From: Deltaproteobacteria bacterium
GTDB taxonomy: Bacteria; Myxococcota_A; Polyangia; JAAYKL01
Direction of reading: 5' to 3'
DNA: 57,255 nucleotides
Assembly: GCA_030621515.1 (NCBI GenBank)
Contig: JAUXHN010000003.1
Location: 1-57,255 of the forward strand
The position numbers and the translations under genes are program-made. A model generated the notes under the pieces. It saw only the letters and a list, made by a program, of their open reading frames with translations, was not told where the DNA came from and made no database searches. Positions within the stretch are counted from its first letter, which is position 1, and every line of letters begins with the position of its first letter. This document shows, piece after piece, positions 40,783-49,989 of this stretch.

Positions 40783-41826
40783 ATGATCATCAAATGCCCC
40801 AAATGCTCCACCGGATACAGTATCCCCGAGAACATGATTGGCGAGAAACCCCGGAAGATGCGATGCTCGCGATGCAAGAATTTGTTCACCATCGCCAGGC
40901 GTGCCGAGGCAGCGCCTTCCGGATATGAGGAGTTCACCGGCCAGCATCATCTTCCCGGCGAGTTTGCATTCCTGAAGGAGTCACCAAAAAAAGAACCGCC
41001 GCCACAACCCGAGGAGCCGCCGCCACAATCCGAAGAGCCGCCGCCACAATCCGAAGAGCCCCAGCCCGATCTCGTGCAACCCGCCCCCCCTGTGCCCATG
41101 CCGGCACAACCCGCGCCGGAACCTCCTCCACCGCCGATCGATGCCCCGGAGCCCGTCGGGACCGACCCATCACCCTCCGTTCCGGAGATCTACGGTGGAA
41201 CTGCCTCCGCATGGGAGATGGAAGCACCTCTCGATCTGGGTGGGTTCGCCATCGCGAACGAGGTTCCCACCAGAGGTCAGGCAATCGGCAAGGTGATTTT
41301 CGTTATGGTCGTGCTTCTGGTCGGCTTCCTGGTGTTCGTGGCTTACCGAAACGGCTGGGCCATCTCGATCCCTGCTCTTGGCGACCAGATAGCCTTTGCG
41401 TTGTCCGGAGAGAAGCTCGAGGAACTTCCCAAAGAGGCGCGGGATATCGAGACCATGATCCATCGGCGCAAGATAATCATAAACAGAGAAAAAGTTCCGT
41501 TCCTGGTGGTCCAGGGGGAGGTGACCAACAACGCTGCGGCCAAGCGTTCCAGAATCATCATGCGCGCTCAGCTGATTGACACGGTCGGCGACATACGCGC
41601 TCAGGTGAGAGCCCCGTGCGGAAAGCTCATAGACGACTCGGTCATAGAGGCCACGCCGAAGGGTGCGATGGAAGGGCACTATCGCCGTGGCGGAGCCCTT
41701 CACAATTGCTCCGTTGAAGGTAACGGCAACACAGTATTCCAGCTCATCTTCGACGAGGTGCCCGCCGATTACGAAGATTCATTCGACGTTCGGGTACAGG
41801 CTGTGGCGGCAAGATCCCTCGACTGA
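40783..41826 (+). CDS. MJ0042-type zinc-ribbon protein with Pro-rich linker, TM and DUF3426-like domain
   Basis: MIIKCPKC...RCSRCK, PPPQSEE repeats, TM segment, LVVQGEVTN. Confidence 0.85.
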   Translation: MIIKCPKCSTGYSIPENMIGEKPRKMRCSRCKNLFTIARRAEAAPSGYEEFTGQHHLPGEFAFLKESPKKEPPPQPEEPPPQSEEPPPQSEEPQPDLVQPAPPVPMPAQPAPEPPPPPIDAPEPVGTDPSPSVPEIYGGTASAWEMEAPLDLGGFAIANEVPTRGQAIGKVIFVMVVLLVGFLVFVAYRNGWAISIPALGDQIAFALSGEKLEELPKEARDIETMIHRRKIIINREKVPFLVVQGEVTNNAAAKRSRIIMRAQLIDTVGDIRAQVRAPCGKLIDDSVIEATPKGAMEGHYRRGGALHNCSVEGNGNTVFQLIFDEVPADYEDSFDVRVQAVAARSLD

Positions 41827-41843
41827 CACCTCACTCTTTCATT

Positions 41844-42590
41844 ATGCCCGTTATCGACAAATCTTCCATCTGGCTCGACAAGCTGACCAGGCGGATCGAA
41901 TCTCTCGATGACTGGGCCCAGCGAACGATATTCTTCGGCAGATCTATCTTTGGCATTGCGCCGGAAGAGGCGACAACCTGTTTCTCGACCATCGTGGCAA
42001 ACGCTTTTCACCTTCGTGAAAATCGCTTCGTCATTACCTCCAATACCGCCTTTCTTTCGATCGCGAAGGACCACTGGCCGAAGGAGCACAGGACTCACAC
42101 CCGGGAAGCGGCCGCCGCGCAAGGCGACAAGCTGACTCTTTTGTTTCTCGTCCAGCCTGCTTCGGTCGGCTTCGAGGACGACGACAGTGAGGTTCCGAAC
42201 TACGGTTCAGAGCGACCTCTCACCCTGGGCGAGCGAAAGGCCCTGGCCTCGACGCCCGCTCGACGTGTCGTGGAGATGGCGATGCTCGATCCCCACCCCG
42301 CAGTTGCGATCAAACTTCTTTGGAACCCCAAGCTCACCGAGGACGATGTAGTTCGGATCGCCGCGAGGCGAATGAGCCCGTCGGCGGTGCTCGCTCATAT
42401 TGCATTCAACACCAAGTGGAGGATGAGGAGGAGGGTGGTCTTCGCCCTGGTAAACAACCCGGGCCTCCCCTCGTCTATCGGTGTGTCCCTGATTCCCGGG
42501 CTCACCGCGTCGGATGCCGTACAGGTGGCCGCTGACAATCGCCTTCCAGGGGAGATCAGAGAGTGTGCCGCCGCTTTACTGGAGGTCTGA
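41844..42590 (+). CDS. Hypothetical protein with leucine-rich-variant (LRV)-like repeats
   Basis: LTLGERKALA, DPHP.V...LL.NPKLTE.DV, ALVNNP. Confidence 0.7.
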   Translation: MPVIDKSSIWLDKLTRRIESLDDWAQRTIFFGRSIFGIAPEEATTCFSTIVANAFHLRENRFVITSNTAFLSIAKDHWPKEHRTHTREAAAAQGDKLTLLFLVQPASVGFEDDDSEVPNYGSERPLTLGERKALASTPARRVVEMAMLDPHPAVAIKLLWNPKLTEDDVVRIAARRMSPSAVLAHIAFNTKWRMRRRVVFALVNNPGLPSSIGVSLIPGLTASDAVQVAADNRLPGEIRECAAALLEV

Positions 42591-42974
42591 TACCACCTTC
42601 TCGTGCACGGGTCGCGAGAATCCGAGCAGAAACATACTCACCGTCCATACGAATATCCCTGCACCGACGGTGATGAACCCGCCAAGCCCAATGTCGCCCC
42701 AGGGATCGACCTCGATGAGCGCGATTCCGCCCAGGATGAGTCCGAACCCCGCGCCCAGAAGGCCGTGACCCCAGTTCTGGAGCCGTGCATTCTTGATTAT
42801 CTCGTCGGCGGAGAATGCCGGCTCCGGATCCTTGAGGCGGAAATGCCTTCCCGCCGGGCCCTCGTTCTCTACAAAAACACCGGCCGTCGATTCGTCCGTA
42901 TTTTCCGATGCGAACACAGGGAGAGCCGCGACGACCGTTCCGAGCAACACAATGATGCTAACCGTGGATCTCAT
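42576..42974 (-). CDS. Hypothetical exported/membrane protein
   Basis: Signal peptide and two C-terminal Gly-rich hydrophobic segments. Confidence 0.6.
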   Translation of the reverse strand: MRSTVSIIVLLGTVVAALPVFASENTDESTAGVFVENEGPAGRHFRLKDPEPAFSADEIIKNARLQNWGHGLLGAGFGLILGGIALIEVDPWGDIGLGGFITVGAGIFVWTVSMFLLGFSRPVHEKVVSDLQ

Positions 42975-43032
42975 GAGAGACATTATCGCACGGGTGGATT
43001 TTGGAAGAAAATAGAAAATAGTTCGCAACTTT

Positions 43033-43584
43033 TCAGTCCGCTATTGGTTTGGAGATCATTTGAAGACCTTGCGGCGAAAGCCACGTTAGGCCTGTCGATA
43101 TTTCGGCATGTAACGCGCTATTGGGATGTTTATCGTCGTGTCGCGCCGCACTAATCCGGCTCACACCTTCGACAGACAACCAGGATAACCCGCCCAAAGA
43201 CGTATCGTGCGAAATGTCGACTGCAATGGGAGGTGGCGCCGGAGTGGAAGAGAACTGCGTCGGTGAGTGGTCCCGAACGAAAAACAGGGCCGACAAAATG
43301 ATTGCGGCGGCCGCCGCCGGGATCGCGAACAGGAAGACTCGTCGTTTAACCTGCTTCGCACGAGTCTGTTTCAGGGCGTTGGCGATTGATGCTGATGTGG
43401 ATTCGATCAGATCGTCGCTCGGCTCGGGCAGGAGATTCGAAATCTCGCCGGCGCCGGCGATGAGTCTCTCAAGTGCAATCCTGCAATCAGGGCATCTCTC
43501 CAAGTGCGCGGCGATCTCATTATCAATGGGTTCGAACGCATAGATTCCCAGCTCTTCGCTAATCTCCTCGCATTTCTTTTCCAT
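43033..43584 (-). CDS. Zinc-finger (HxxxCxxC) anti-sigma factor
   Basis: AHLERCPDC, TM segment, directly downstream of an ECF sigma. Confidence 0.85.
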   Translation of the reverse strand: MEKKCEEISEELGIYAFEPIDNEIAAHLERCPDCRIALERLIAGAGEISNLLPEPSDDLIESTSASIANALKQTRAKQVKRRVFLFAIPAAAAAIILSALFFVRDHSPTQFSSTPAPPPIAVDISHDTSLGGLSWLSVEGVSRISAARHDDKHPNSALHAEISTGLTWLSPQGLQMISKPIAD

Positions 43585-43595
43585 GAGCGTTCTCC

Positions 43596-44090
43596 TTAGT
43601 CTTCTTCGATTTTCCGGGCCAGCGCCTCCGTTAGTGCTGTCACTGCGCGGCTCAACTGTTTTTTTACTGTACCTACCGAGACCTTAAGTTCCTGCGCGAT
43701 CTCGGACAGGCTCATTCCGAGGCGCCAGCGAAGCAGGAACACCGAGCGCTGGCCCTCGGGGAGATCGGCGATCGCCTGATGGATCAGTTCTTTTCGTTGC
43801 TGTTCGATAAGTGATTGTTCGGGCGTTTGGGGGACCGGTGCGGTCGGTGCCCCAAATAGGTGCTTTCCTTCGTGCAGCAAGCGCTGCTTTCGGCGGTTGA
43901 TCGACAGATTGATGACGGTGCGGTTGAGCCATGCCCTTGGATTGTAGATTGGGGCGGTTTGCGACACGTAGCGAATGAATGTTTCCTGGCAGATATCTTT
44001 GGCGTCGTCGTCGTTTCGCAGTATGGCCGTGGCTAGGCGCACGAGCGCCTCCGTATGCTGCTCAACAAGTCCTTGCACATTGTTGTTCAT
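43596..44090 (-). CDS. ECF RNA polymerase sigma factor
   Basis: DAKDICQETF, RAWL, LPEGQRSVFLLR, EIAQEL.VSVGTVKKQLSRA. Confidence 0.93.
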   Translation of the reverse strand: MNNNVQGLVEQHTEALVRLATAILRNDDDAKDICQETFIRYVSQTAPIYNPRAWLNRTVINLSINRRKQRLLHEGKHLFGAPTAPVPQTPEQSLIEQQRKELIHQAIADLPEGQRSVFLLRWRLGMSLSEIAQELKVSVGTVKKQLSRAVTALTEALARKIEED

Positions 44091-44098
44091 GCCCGAGG

Positions 44099-45100
44099 TT
44101 AATCTACCACGGAGACGGCGACGAGCGGCACATCCCGGTTCATCAAACCCTCGCCCTTAAACTCCCAGCGGACGCTGTTTAGTCCGGTCCTCTCACCGTT
44201 GGTAGTGATCACCTTTCCCGGCAGGTTGAGAATCACCTCGAAGTTCTCGTCGGTTAGATCCTCGGTGAATGCGAAATCCGACTTCGATGCGGTGATGAAG
44301 GGTTCGATGCGTTCGGTGGGGTATCCGGAGAAGATCGTGCCGAGGACGGTTCGTTCCGCCCTTCCGAGGCCGGTCTCAATTTCAGTGAGCTGCTGGACTT
44401 GCGCTTCCTTGTCCGAGAGAAGCAACTGTTTGACTCGCGCTATTGTGAGTGTCCTGCCGTAGGCTTCGATGAGAGCTGCGTAACTTCGCGCGATAAGATC
44501 GCCGGGGAAGTCTACCTGGGTCATGCTCTGGGCCAAGCCGTCCGTGAAGATCAGAGCCCGTTTGTGTGCCTCGAAGTCGATGAGGCCATTAATGAGCTTT
44601 TGTTTTTCATTGTCCGCGAGCTTCTCGAACCGAACCTTTGAAGCTTTATCGAGTAGCTTGGTGTCCACATATTTTTGCTTAAGACGCTCGAACTTCCACC
44701 AGTCTCGTCCCCGATAAGTCCTCTCGAAGCGGTAGAATGTTTTTCCTTTCGATTTCTTTGTGCTCAAGGAGCTTTCGAGCTTCAGGTCGCTTTTTGAAAA
44801 CCGAAGTGCCTTGTCGAGATCGGTGATGCTTGCAAAACCGGCCTTTGCTTCGTAGTGAAACTTTTGCTTTCCGTCCGATTGAGTCTCGGTCCAATGCCGA
44901 ACGGCCCAGGGCCCTCCTGTGGGTAAAGCCAAGCCCCGGAGCGCGTCATCCTCATCGCCGGCGACCGACCACACCACATCGACACTACCGTCCGGGCGAA
45001 CCGTTATTACCTCTCGCCGGTGGAGGCATCCGCCTATTATCAGTGCCGTTAACAGAACTGAGAGCAGTTTTATCGCAGAACCCGAGTGCGAATTTTTCAT
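44099..45100 (-). CDS. Hypothetical lipoprotein
   Basis: IGGC lipobox, ITVRPDGS N-terminus, LPGKVITTNG...V.W C-terminus (LppM-like ends). Confidence 0.75.
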   Translation of the reverse strand: MKNSHSGSAIKLLSVLLTALIIGGCLHRREVITVRPDGSVDVVWSVAGDEDDALRGLALPTGGPWAVRHWTETQSDGKQKFHYEAKAGFASITDLDKALRFSKSDLKLESSLSTKKSKGKTFYRFERTYRGRDWWKFERLKQKYVDTKLLDKASKVRFEKLADNEKQKLINGLIDFEAHKRALIFTDGLAQSMTQVDFPGDLIARSYAALIEAYGRTLTIARVKQLLLSDKEAQVQQLTEIETGLGRAERTVLGTIFSGYPTERIEPFITASKSDFAFTEDLTDENFEVILNLPGKVITTNGERTGLNSVRWEFKGEGLMNRDVPLVAVSVVD

Positions 45101-45244
45101 CCTTTTATCTCCTTTGCATGCAAAGCAAGAGTCCCGCCGAAATAGGCGTCTTCATGCAAGAAGACAAATGAGGATGCGGAAAGGTTGACAAAAAAGAGTG
45201 GAGCAGAAAAAAAACCGCAACTTTTCCTTCGATCGACCGATTAC

Positions 45245-46039
45245 ATGGGGACAATGGCTCCGATACGAATCCTGACTGCGCTGGCTGACCTGTTGTGGGT
45301 TCCTCGCTGCTCGGCCTGCGACAACTTTGTTGCGGCGGCTGGCGGTGATTCCATTTCAGCAGCTTTCTGCCCCGTCTGCGCCGAATCGCTGGTCCCCGCC
45401 TGCTCGCCGCGCTGTCCGATCTGCGGGCTGACCTTCGACGGAACCGGCAAGGATCACGTCTGCGGACATTGCCTGGCCGACAGACCCGCGTTTTCGAGCT
45501 CCCATGCGCCTTTCCTGTACGGCGGGGCGGTCAAGCAAGCCATTCTTCGATTCAAATACCGGCCGGCGCCCTGGCTCAGTACGCAGCTGGGAAGACTGCT
45601 CTTTTGCCGGGATGGGAGTGAAGGCGGCCTCCATCAACTTCCCCTTCCCCTCGCAGGGGAAGGCCGGGATGGGGTTCTTGCAACCCCGGATGTGGTGATG
45701 CCTGTTCCCAGCCACCCCTCCCGGCTTCGACAGCGGGGATTCAATCAGTCCGCCCTGCTTGCCCGGTACGCCGCTGCGGTTTACCGTGTGCCTCTGGACA
45801 CCAACACGCTGCGAAGAACACGTGAGACCATGCCGCAAGCGGGTTTGAATCGGGCGCAACGCCTCAAGCACCTTCGAGACGCCTTTACGGCCTGCTCAAC
45901 CCCGCGCCTGGCAGACGCAAGAGTGCTTCTCGTCGATGACGTGGTTACCACCACCGCCACCGTACGAGCCGCCGCACAGGCTCTTGTCGAGGCGGGCGCC
46001 TGCAGGGTGGATGTGCTTTCCCTGGCGAGGGCGCCCTGA
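45245..46039 (+). CDS. comF: ComF family protein (double zinc ribbon + PRT domain)
   Basis: CSAC/CPVC/CPIC/CGHC, PVP.H..R...RGFNQS, LLVDDVVTT.AT. Confidence 0.9.
   Translation: MGTMAPIRILTALADLLWVPRCSACDNFVAAAGGDSISAAFCPVCAESLVPACSPRCPICGLTFDGTGKDHVCGHCLADRPAFSSSHAPFLYGGAVKQAILRFKYRPAPWLSTQLGRLLFCRDGSEGGLHQLPLPLAGEGRDGVLATPDVVMPVPSHPSRLRQRGFNQSALLARYAAAVYRVPLDTNTLRRTRETMPQAGLNRAQRLKHLRDAFTACSTPRLADARVLLVDDVVTTTATVRAAAQALVEAGACRVDVLSLARAP
45619..45676 (+). repeat. Family Y REP-like copy B inserted in-frame in comF
   Basis: Near-identical to 13189-13246. GCCGGGATGGG recurs at 45606 and 45663, 57 nt apart. Confidence 0.88.
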
Positions 46040-46098
46040 GTGAAAGCGACCGGGATGGGGTTGCCCTCACAATATCGTTCGAGCTAAAAGAACGCATC

Positions 46099-46572
46099 AT
46101 GGGTATGGAACGAAGCGGCGAAAAGATAGTCTGTCGCAACCGCAGGGCCAGGCGCGACTACAACATCGAGGACACCTTCGAGGCCGGTCTCGTCCTTGTT
46201 GGAACCGAGGTGAAGTCCCTGCGCCAGGGCAAGGCCGATCTCACGGACTCTTACGTCACGTACCGGCTAGGAGAACTCTTTCTCGTGGGCACACATATCA
46301 CGTCATACGAAAACGCGACCCACTTCAACCACGAGCCCAAAAGAGAGCGAAAGCTCCTGATGCAAAAACGAATCATCGAGAAACTCGGGGTTCGAATAAA
46401 AGAACGCGGATACACGCTGGTTCCGCTGGAGATCTACTTCAAGAACGGCTGGGCCAAGGTGCTCGTAGGACTGGCCAGGGGAAAGAAGCAATACGATCAC
46501 CGAGCCCAGATTCGCAAGAAGGACGAGCGCAGGGAGATGCGCGAAGCCGCATTGGATAAGAGGAGTCGATGA
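46099..46572 (+). CDS. smpB: SsrA-binding protein
   Basis: NRRARRDY.IEDTFEAGLVL.GTEVKSLR, RKLL, GLARGKK.YD.R. Confidence 0.97.
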   Translation: MGMERSGEKIVCRNRRARRDYNIEDTFEAGLVLVGTEVKSLRQGKADLTDSYVTYRLGELFLVGTHITSYENATHFNHEPKRERKLLMQKRIIEKLGVRIKERGYTLVPLEIYFKNGWAKVLVGLARGKKQYDHRAQIRKKDERREMREAALDKRSR

Positions 46573-46832
46573 GTGGCAACATCACAGAGCGCCATCTCGA
46601 AACAACGATGCTCATCGATTACTACGATGGCATGGCCGTGCTCTCCTGCCCGGCAGGTTTACCTCCGGGCTCTCGGGTGCGATTCGGGTTTCCCGATGGT
46701 AACGCTGGCGATCGGACGTTCCACGGCAAGATCGTCAAGCTGAAGCGTCTTAGCGACGGCGCCTTCGCCGTATCTGTAAGGCTGCACAACCTGGACAGGA
46801 TCCACCGAGAAATCCTCGAAAAGCTAGTCTGA
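46569..46832 (+). CDS. Small degenerate PilZ-like beta-barrel protein
   Basis: ATGA overlap with smpB. PPGSRVRF...HGKIV...VRL pattern, but no RxxxR/DxSxxG. Confidence 0.55.
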   Translation: MSGNITERHLETTMLIDYYDGMAVLSCPAGLPPGSRVRFGFPDGNAGDRTFHGKIVKLKRLSDGAFAVSVRLHNLDRIHREILEKLV

Positions 46833-47396
46833 GATCAACTGCGCCCAGGAAAAGCCGTTGCAACCTCCCGAAATATCACCGTGGTCCGCCGAGGTATTGG
46901 CGGCGGCCGTGGATTCGTCTGCGGCCGCGTATTCTACCTGACAGTAATACAGGCTCACCCCGCCGTCCGCCTGGCTGTCATGGGCCCAGTCGTACCGGGA
47001 CCACAGGTCCGGGTAGTAGCTGTCCACGCTGTCGTTCTGGGCCGTCAGGTACCCGGCTGTGTTGTCGTACGCCTCGATGTGGCACTTGCTGGTCGTGGGC
47101 CCCGCGTCGCCGTACGGCGGGAAAACCGTCGTCCAGCTGGCGGCGGTGATCTCGTGGACGGCGCCCCAACTCTCCGTATAGCTCCCAATGATTGCCAGGG
47201 CTCCGGCATCGGCATCCGTGTCGGTGTCGGTGTCCGTGTCCGTATCCGTGTCGGTATCCGTGTCCGTATCCGTGTCGGTGTCCGTGTCCGTTGCCCCACC
47301 GTCGATCCCGGCGTCCGTGTCGTCATCGTCCGAGCACCCGCACGGCAGCACGAGAGCCCCAATGATGACCAGCATCCCAATAATTGATTTTCCCAT
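46824..47396 (-). CDS. Cobalamin-riboswitch-associated lipoprotein with (Asp-Thr)n linker, unknown function
   Basis: GAGG RBS before ATG 47396, PCGC lipobox, DT tract, ~125-aa aromatic-rich domain. Confidence 0.8.
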   Translation of the reverse strand: MGKSIIGMLVIIGALVLPCGCSDDDDTDAGIDGGATDTDTDTDTDTDTDTDTDTDTDTDTDADAGALAIIGSYTESWGAVHEITAASWTTVFPPYGDAGPTTSKCHIEAYDNTAGYLTAQNDSVDSYYPDLWSRYDWAHDSQADGGVSLYYCQVEYAAADESTAAANTSADHGDISGGCNGFSWAQLISD

Positions 47397-47550
47397 GGTG
47401 TTTACCTCTTGGCTCCCCTTGAATAAGCCCTCGCCCCGACCCGGGCGACGAGCAATTCTCCCCTCGTCCGAGAGGCAAGCTTCGAACACGCTTCGAATAG
47501 ACCGCGTGTCAGGGAACCGTGAAGTCTTACACCCCGTAGACTGGAGGTGC

Positions 47551-47716
47551 CGCTGGACAGGTCTCCTGGCTCCCGGATCAACCTACTTGCGGCGCCTTCC
47601 CGGATCTTTTGATCTAGTGGCAGTGCCGCGTTCGTCCCCGGATACAGTGGCGGGGGCCGCGCCGGTTTCCAACCGGCTTCCCAGAGCGAAAGCATTTCGC
47701 CCTTGTCCATGCAGCG
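47551..47716 (-). ncRNA. Cobalamin (B12) riboswitch
   Basis: Minus strand reads GGGAAGCCGGTTGGAAACCGGCGCGGCCCCCGCCACTGT...GCCACTAG...GGGAAGGC...AGCCAGGAGACCTG (B12 box), with complementary ends. Confidence 0.93.
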
Positions 47717-47815
47717 AAAAAAATGAAAAAGAACGTTGGAATTACTTACCACCAAGAAGAATGTGTTCGCAACGATAATTGACCTGTCCGCACACAGAGT
47801 TCTAGAATCCAGACC

Positions 47816-48049
47816 GTGGACAATGCGCAAGAAAAAATCAAGGCCGCGAAGCGTCACTACGAAAAGGGTGATTTCAAGTCCGCTCGCGCGAATGCAAAGC
47901 AATTGATCAACGATGACACTCTGACCGAAGAGGCGAAGCGAGAAGCGCGGAGGATCCTCAAGGCTACGGGTATCGATCCGATCTCCACCGGGGTCTTTCT
48001 CATCACGTTCTGCCTGCTTGCATACCTCATCATCAAGTACATCTTTTGA
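47816..48049 (+). CDS. Small TPR-like protein with C-terminal TM
   Basis: AKRHYEKGDFKSAR helix, then DP followed by a hydrophobic tail. Stop overlaps the helicase start. Confidence 0.65.
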   Translation: MDNAQEKIKAAKRHYEKGDFKSARANAKQLINDDTLTEEAKREARRILKATGIDPISTGVFLITFCLLAYLIIKYIF

Positions 48050-49989
48050 CCGACGTGACGGACATCTTCGGGCCGTCCGGGCCCATCTCCAGGAAACTGT
48101 CGAAGTTCGAACGCCGCGATTCGCAGATCGAGATGGCAGCGGCAGTCGAAAAAACAGTGATGGGAGACGGGGTGCTCCTCGCCGAAGCCGGCACCGGTAC
48201 GGGAAAGACACTTGCATACCTGGTTCCGGCGATCCTCTCTTCGAAACGCGTTGTGATCTCCACCGGTACCCGGAACCTGCAGGAACAGATTTTTTTCAAG
48301 GATCTGGCCTTTCTCGAGGAGGCGCTTAAGGTTTCCGCACAGGCAACCTATTTGAAGGGTCAGGAAAACTACCTTTGTGTTCGAAGGTTCCAGAACTTCC
48401 TTCGTTCACCTCGTGTCCTGGCTCATGATTCCCATGAGGTGAGCCGGCTCGAACAATGGTCTCGCACAACCCCGACCGGCGACCGCATGGAGGTCGAGGG
48501 GCTCAGTGACGACTCACCTCTCTGGCGAGAAGTGTGCTCTACCCGCGAGACGAGGATCGGCCAGAAGTGTCCTTTCCACTCTGATTGTCACCTGACAAGG
48601 GCGAGAGATACGGCAAGGCGTGCGCGTATCATCGTCGTCAACCATCACCTCTATTTTGCGGATCTAGCCACCCGGCTCCAGGGCGGCTCCGTTCTGCCCG
48701 AACACGATGCGGTGATCTTCGATGAGGCCCATTTGATCGAGGATATCGCCACCGAGTTCTTCAGCATCAGGATATCATCCGGTCGGGTTGACCGCCTGAT
48801 GACCGAAACGATGAACTCGGTGAAAAGCGCACGAATCAATGAGGATCCCAATGAGACGAGACGCCCCAATCTCGTGAAATACGCGCGCGCCGAAACTTCC
48901 GCTATGTTCACGGCGTTCAGAGACGAACAACAGGGGCGACATCACCTTGCAATACGCGAGATCCCGGCCGAGGTCATTCAGATCTACCACAAGCTCGATT
49001 CGGCCCTGGAAGCGGTGGAGATGTCTCTTCACTCGCTGAAAGGCCGTGATCAGGCTGTCGATCACTGCGCCCTTCGAATCACCGGGGTTCGTCGAGATCT
49101 AGCGGATGTCATCGAGGGGGACTCGCGGAGTTACGTTCACTGGATGGAAACGCGACAGCGTTCCGTGGTGCTCGGAGCTTCCCCCATCGATATTTCCGAC
49201 TTCTTTCGGCGTGGCGTGCTCTTTTCCATCCCTTCCGTCGTGCTGACCAGCGCGACGCTTTCTACCGGCGGGAACTTCGAGTTCTTGCGCTCCAGATTGG
49301 GAATCGATTTCGATGCGGACGAGCTGTCCCTCGCAGCGCCATTCGACTATGAAAAACAAGTCATGCTCTACGTTCCGTCCGAGTTTCCTGATCCGCGAGA
49401 TCCCGACTTCGCGTCTCACGTGTCGAACGAGGTAACACGTCTGGTAGCAATAACCGGTGGCGGAGCGCTGTTGCTGTGCACATCCGTCAAGAACATGCGC
49501 GCCATCCACGCAAATCTCATCGGCAGGGTGCCCGGACCGCTCCTCATTCAGGGGGACGCGCCCAAGTCGGTTCTCATGTCCCGATTCGTGCAGGAGAGAT
49601 CCTCGGTACTCGTCGCCACAACGAGCTTCTGGCAGGGGGTGGACCTTCCAGGAGATGCGCTACGGCTCGTCATCATAGATAAGCTCCCATTCGCATCACC
49701 TGGCGATCCGGTGGTTGCCGCCCGTATCGACCGCCTGAAGGAAGACGGCAAAACTCCCTTCACCGATTATCAGGTTCCGCAAGCTGCGCTGGCCTTGAAA
49801 CAGGGGTTCGGACGGCTCATAAGGACCAGGGATGATCACGGGGTGGTCGCGATAATGGATCAACGACTCTACACCATGGGTTATGGAACAACCCTCCTTG
49901 CGTCACTTCCCGACTGCCACCGCGCCTATCTGATAGATGATGTCGAGAAGTGGTGGGCCGGCCAGGAAAGCCCAATCATCGCTCGTTGA
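48046..49989 (+). CDS. DinG/YoaA family ATP-dependent DNA helicase
   Basis: EAGTGTGKT, KG.ENYLC, DEAH, SATL, FWQGVD, IDKLPF, QGFGRLIR. Confidence 0.95.
   Translation: MTDVTDIFGPSGPISRKLSKFERRDSQIEMAAAVEKTVMGDGVLLAEAGTGTGKTLAYLVPAILSSKRVVISTGTRNLQEQIFFKDLAFLEEALKVSAQATYLKGQENYLCVRRFQNFLRSPRVLAHDSHEVSRLEQWSRTTPTGDRMEVEGLSDDSPLWREVCSTRETRIGQKCPFHSDCHLTRARDTARRARIIVVNHHLYFADLATRLQGGSVLPEHDAVIFDEAHLIEDIATEFFSIRISSGRVDRLMTETMNSVKSARINEDPNETRRPNLVKYARAETSAMFTAFRDEQQGRHHLAIREIPAEVIQIYHKLDSALEAVEMSLHSLKGRDQAVDHCALRITGVRRDLADVIEGDSRSYVHWMETRQRSVVLGASPIDISDFFRRGVLFSIPSVVLTSATLSTGGNFEFLRSRLGIDFDADELSLAAPFDYEKQVMLYVPSEFPDPRDPDFASHVSNEVTRLVAITGGGALLLCTSVKNMRAIHANLIGRVPGPLLIQGDAPKSVLMSRFVQERSSVLVATTSFWQGVDLPGDALRLVIIDKLPFASPGDPVVAARIDRLKEDGKTPFTDYQVPQAALALKQGFGRLIRTRDDHGVVAIMDQRLYTMGYGTTLLASLPDCHRAYLIDDVEKWWAGQESPIIAR

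Noticed and set aside
40990-41065. 21-bp tandem repeat (EEPPPQS)
   Set aside because: Ordinary Pro-rich linker expansion within a zinc-ribbon membrane protein.
46099-46832. tmRNA next to smpB
   Set aside because: No GGGG...TCCACCA tmRNA ends were found near smpB.
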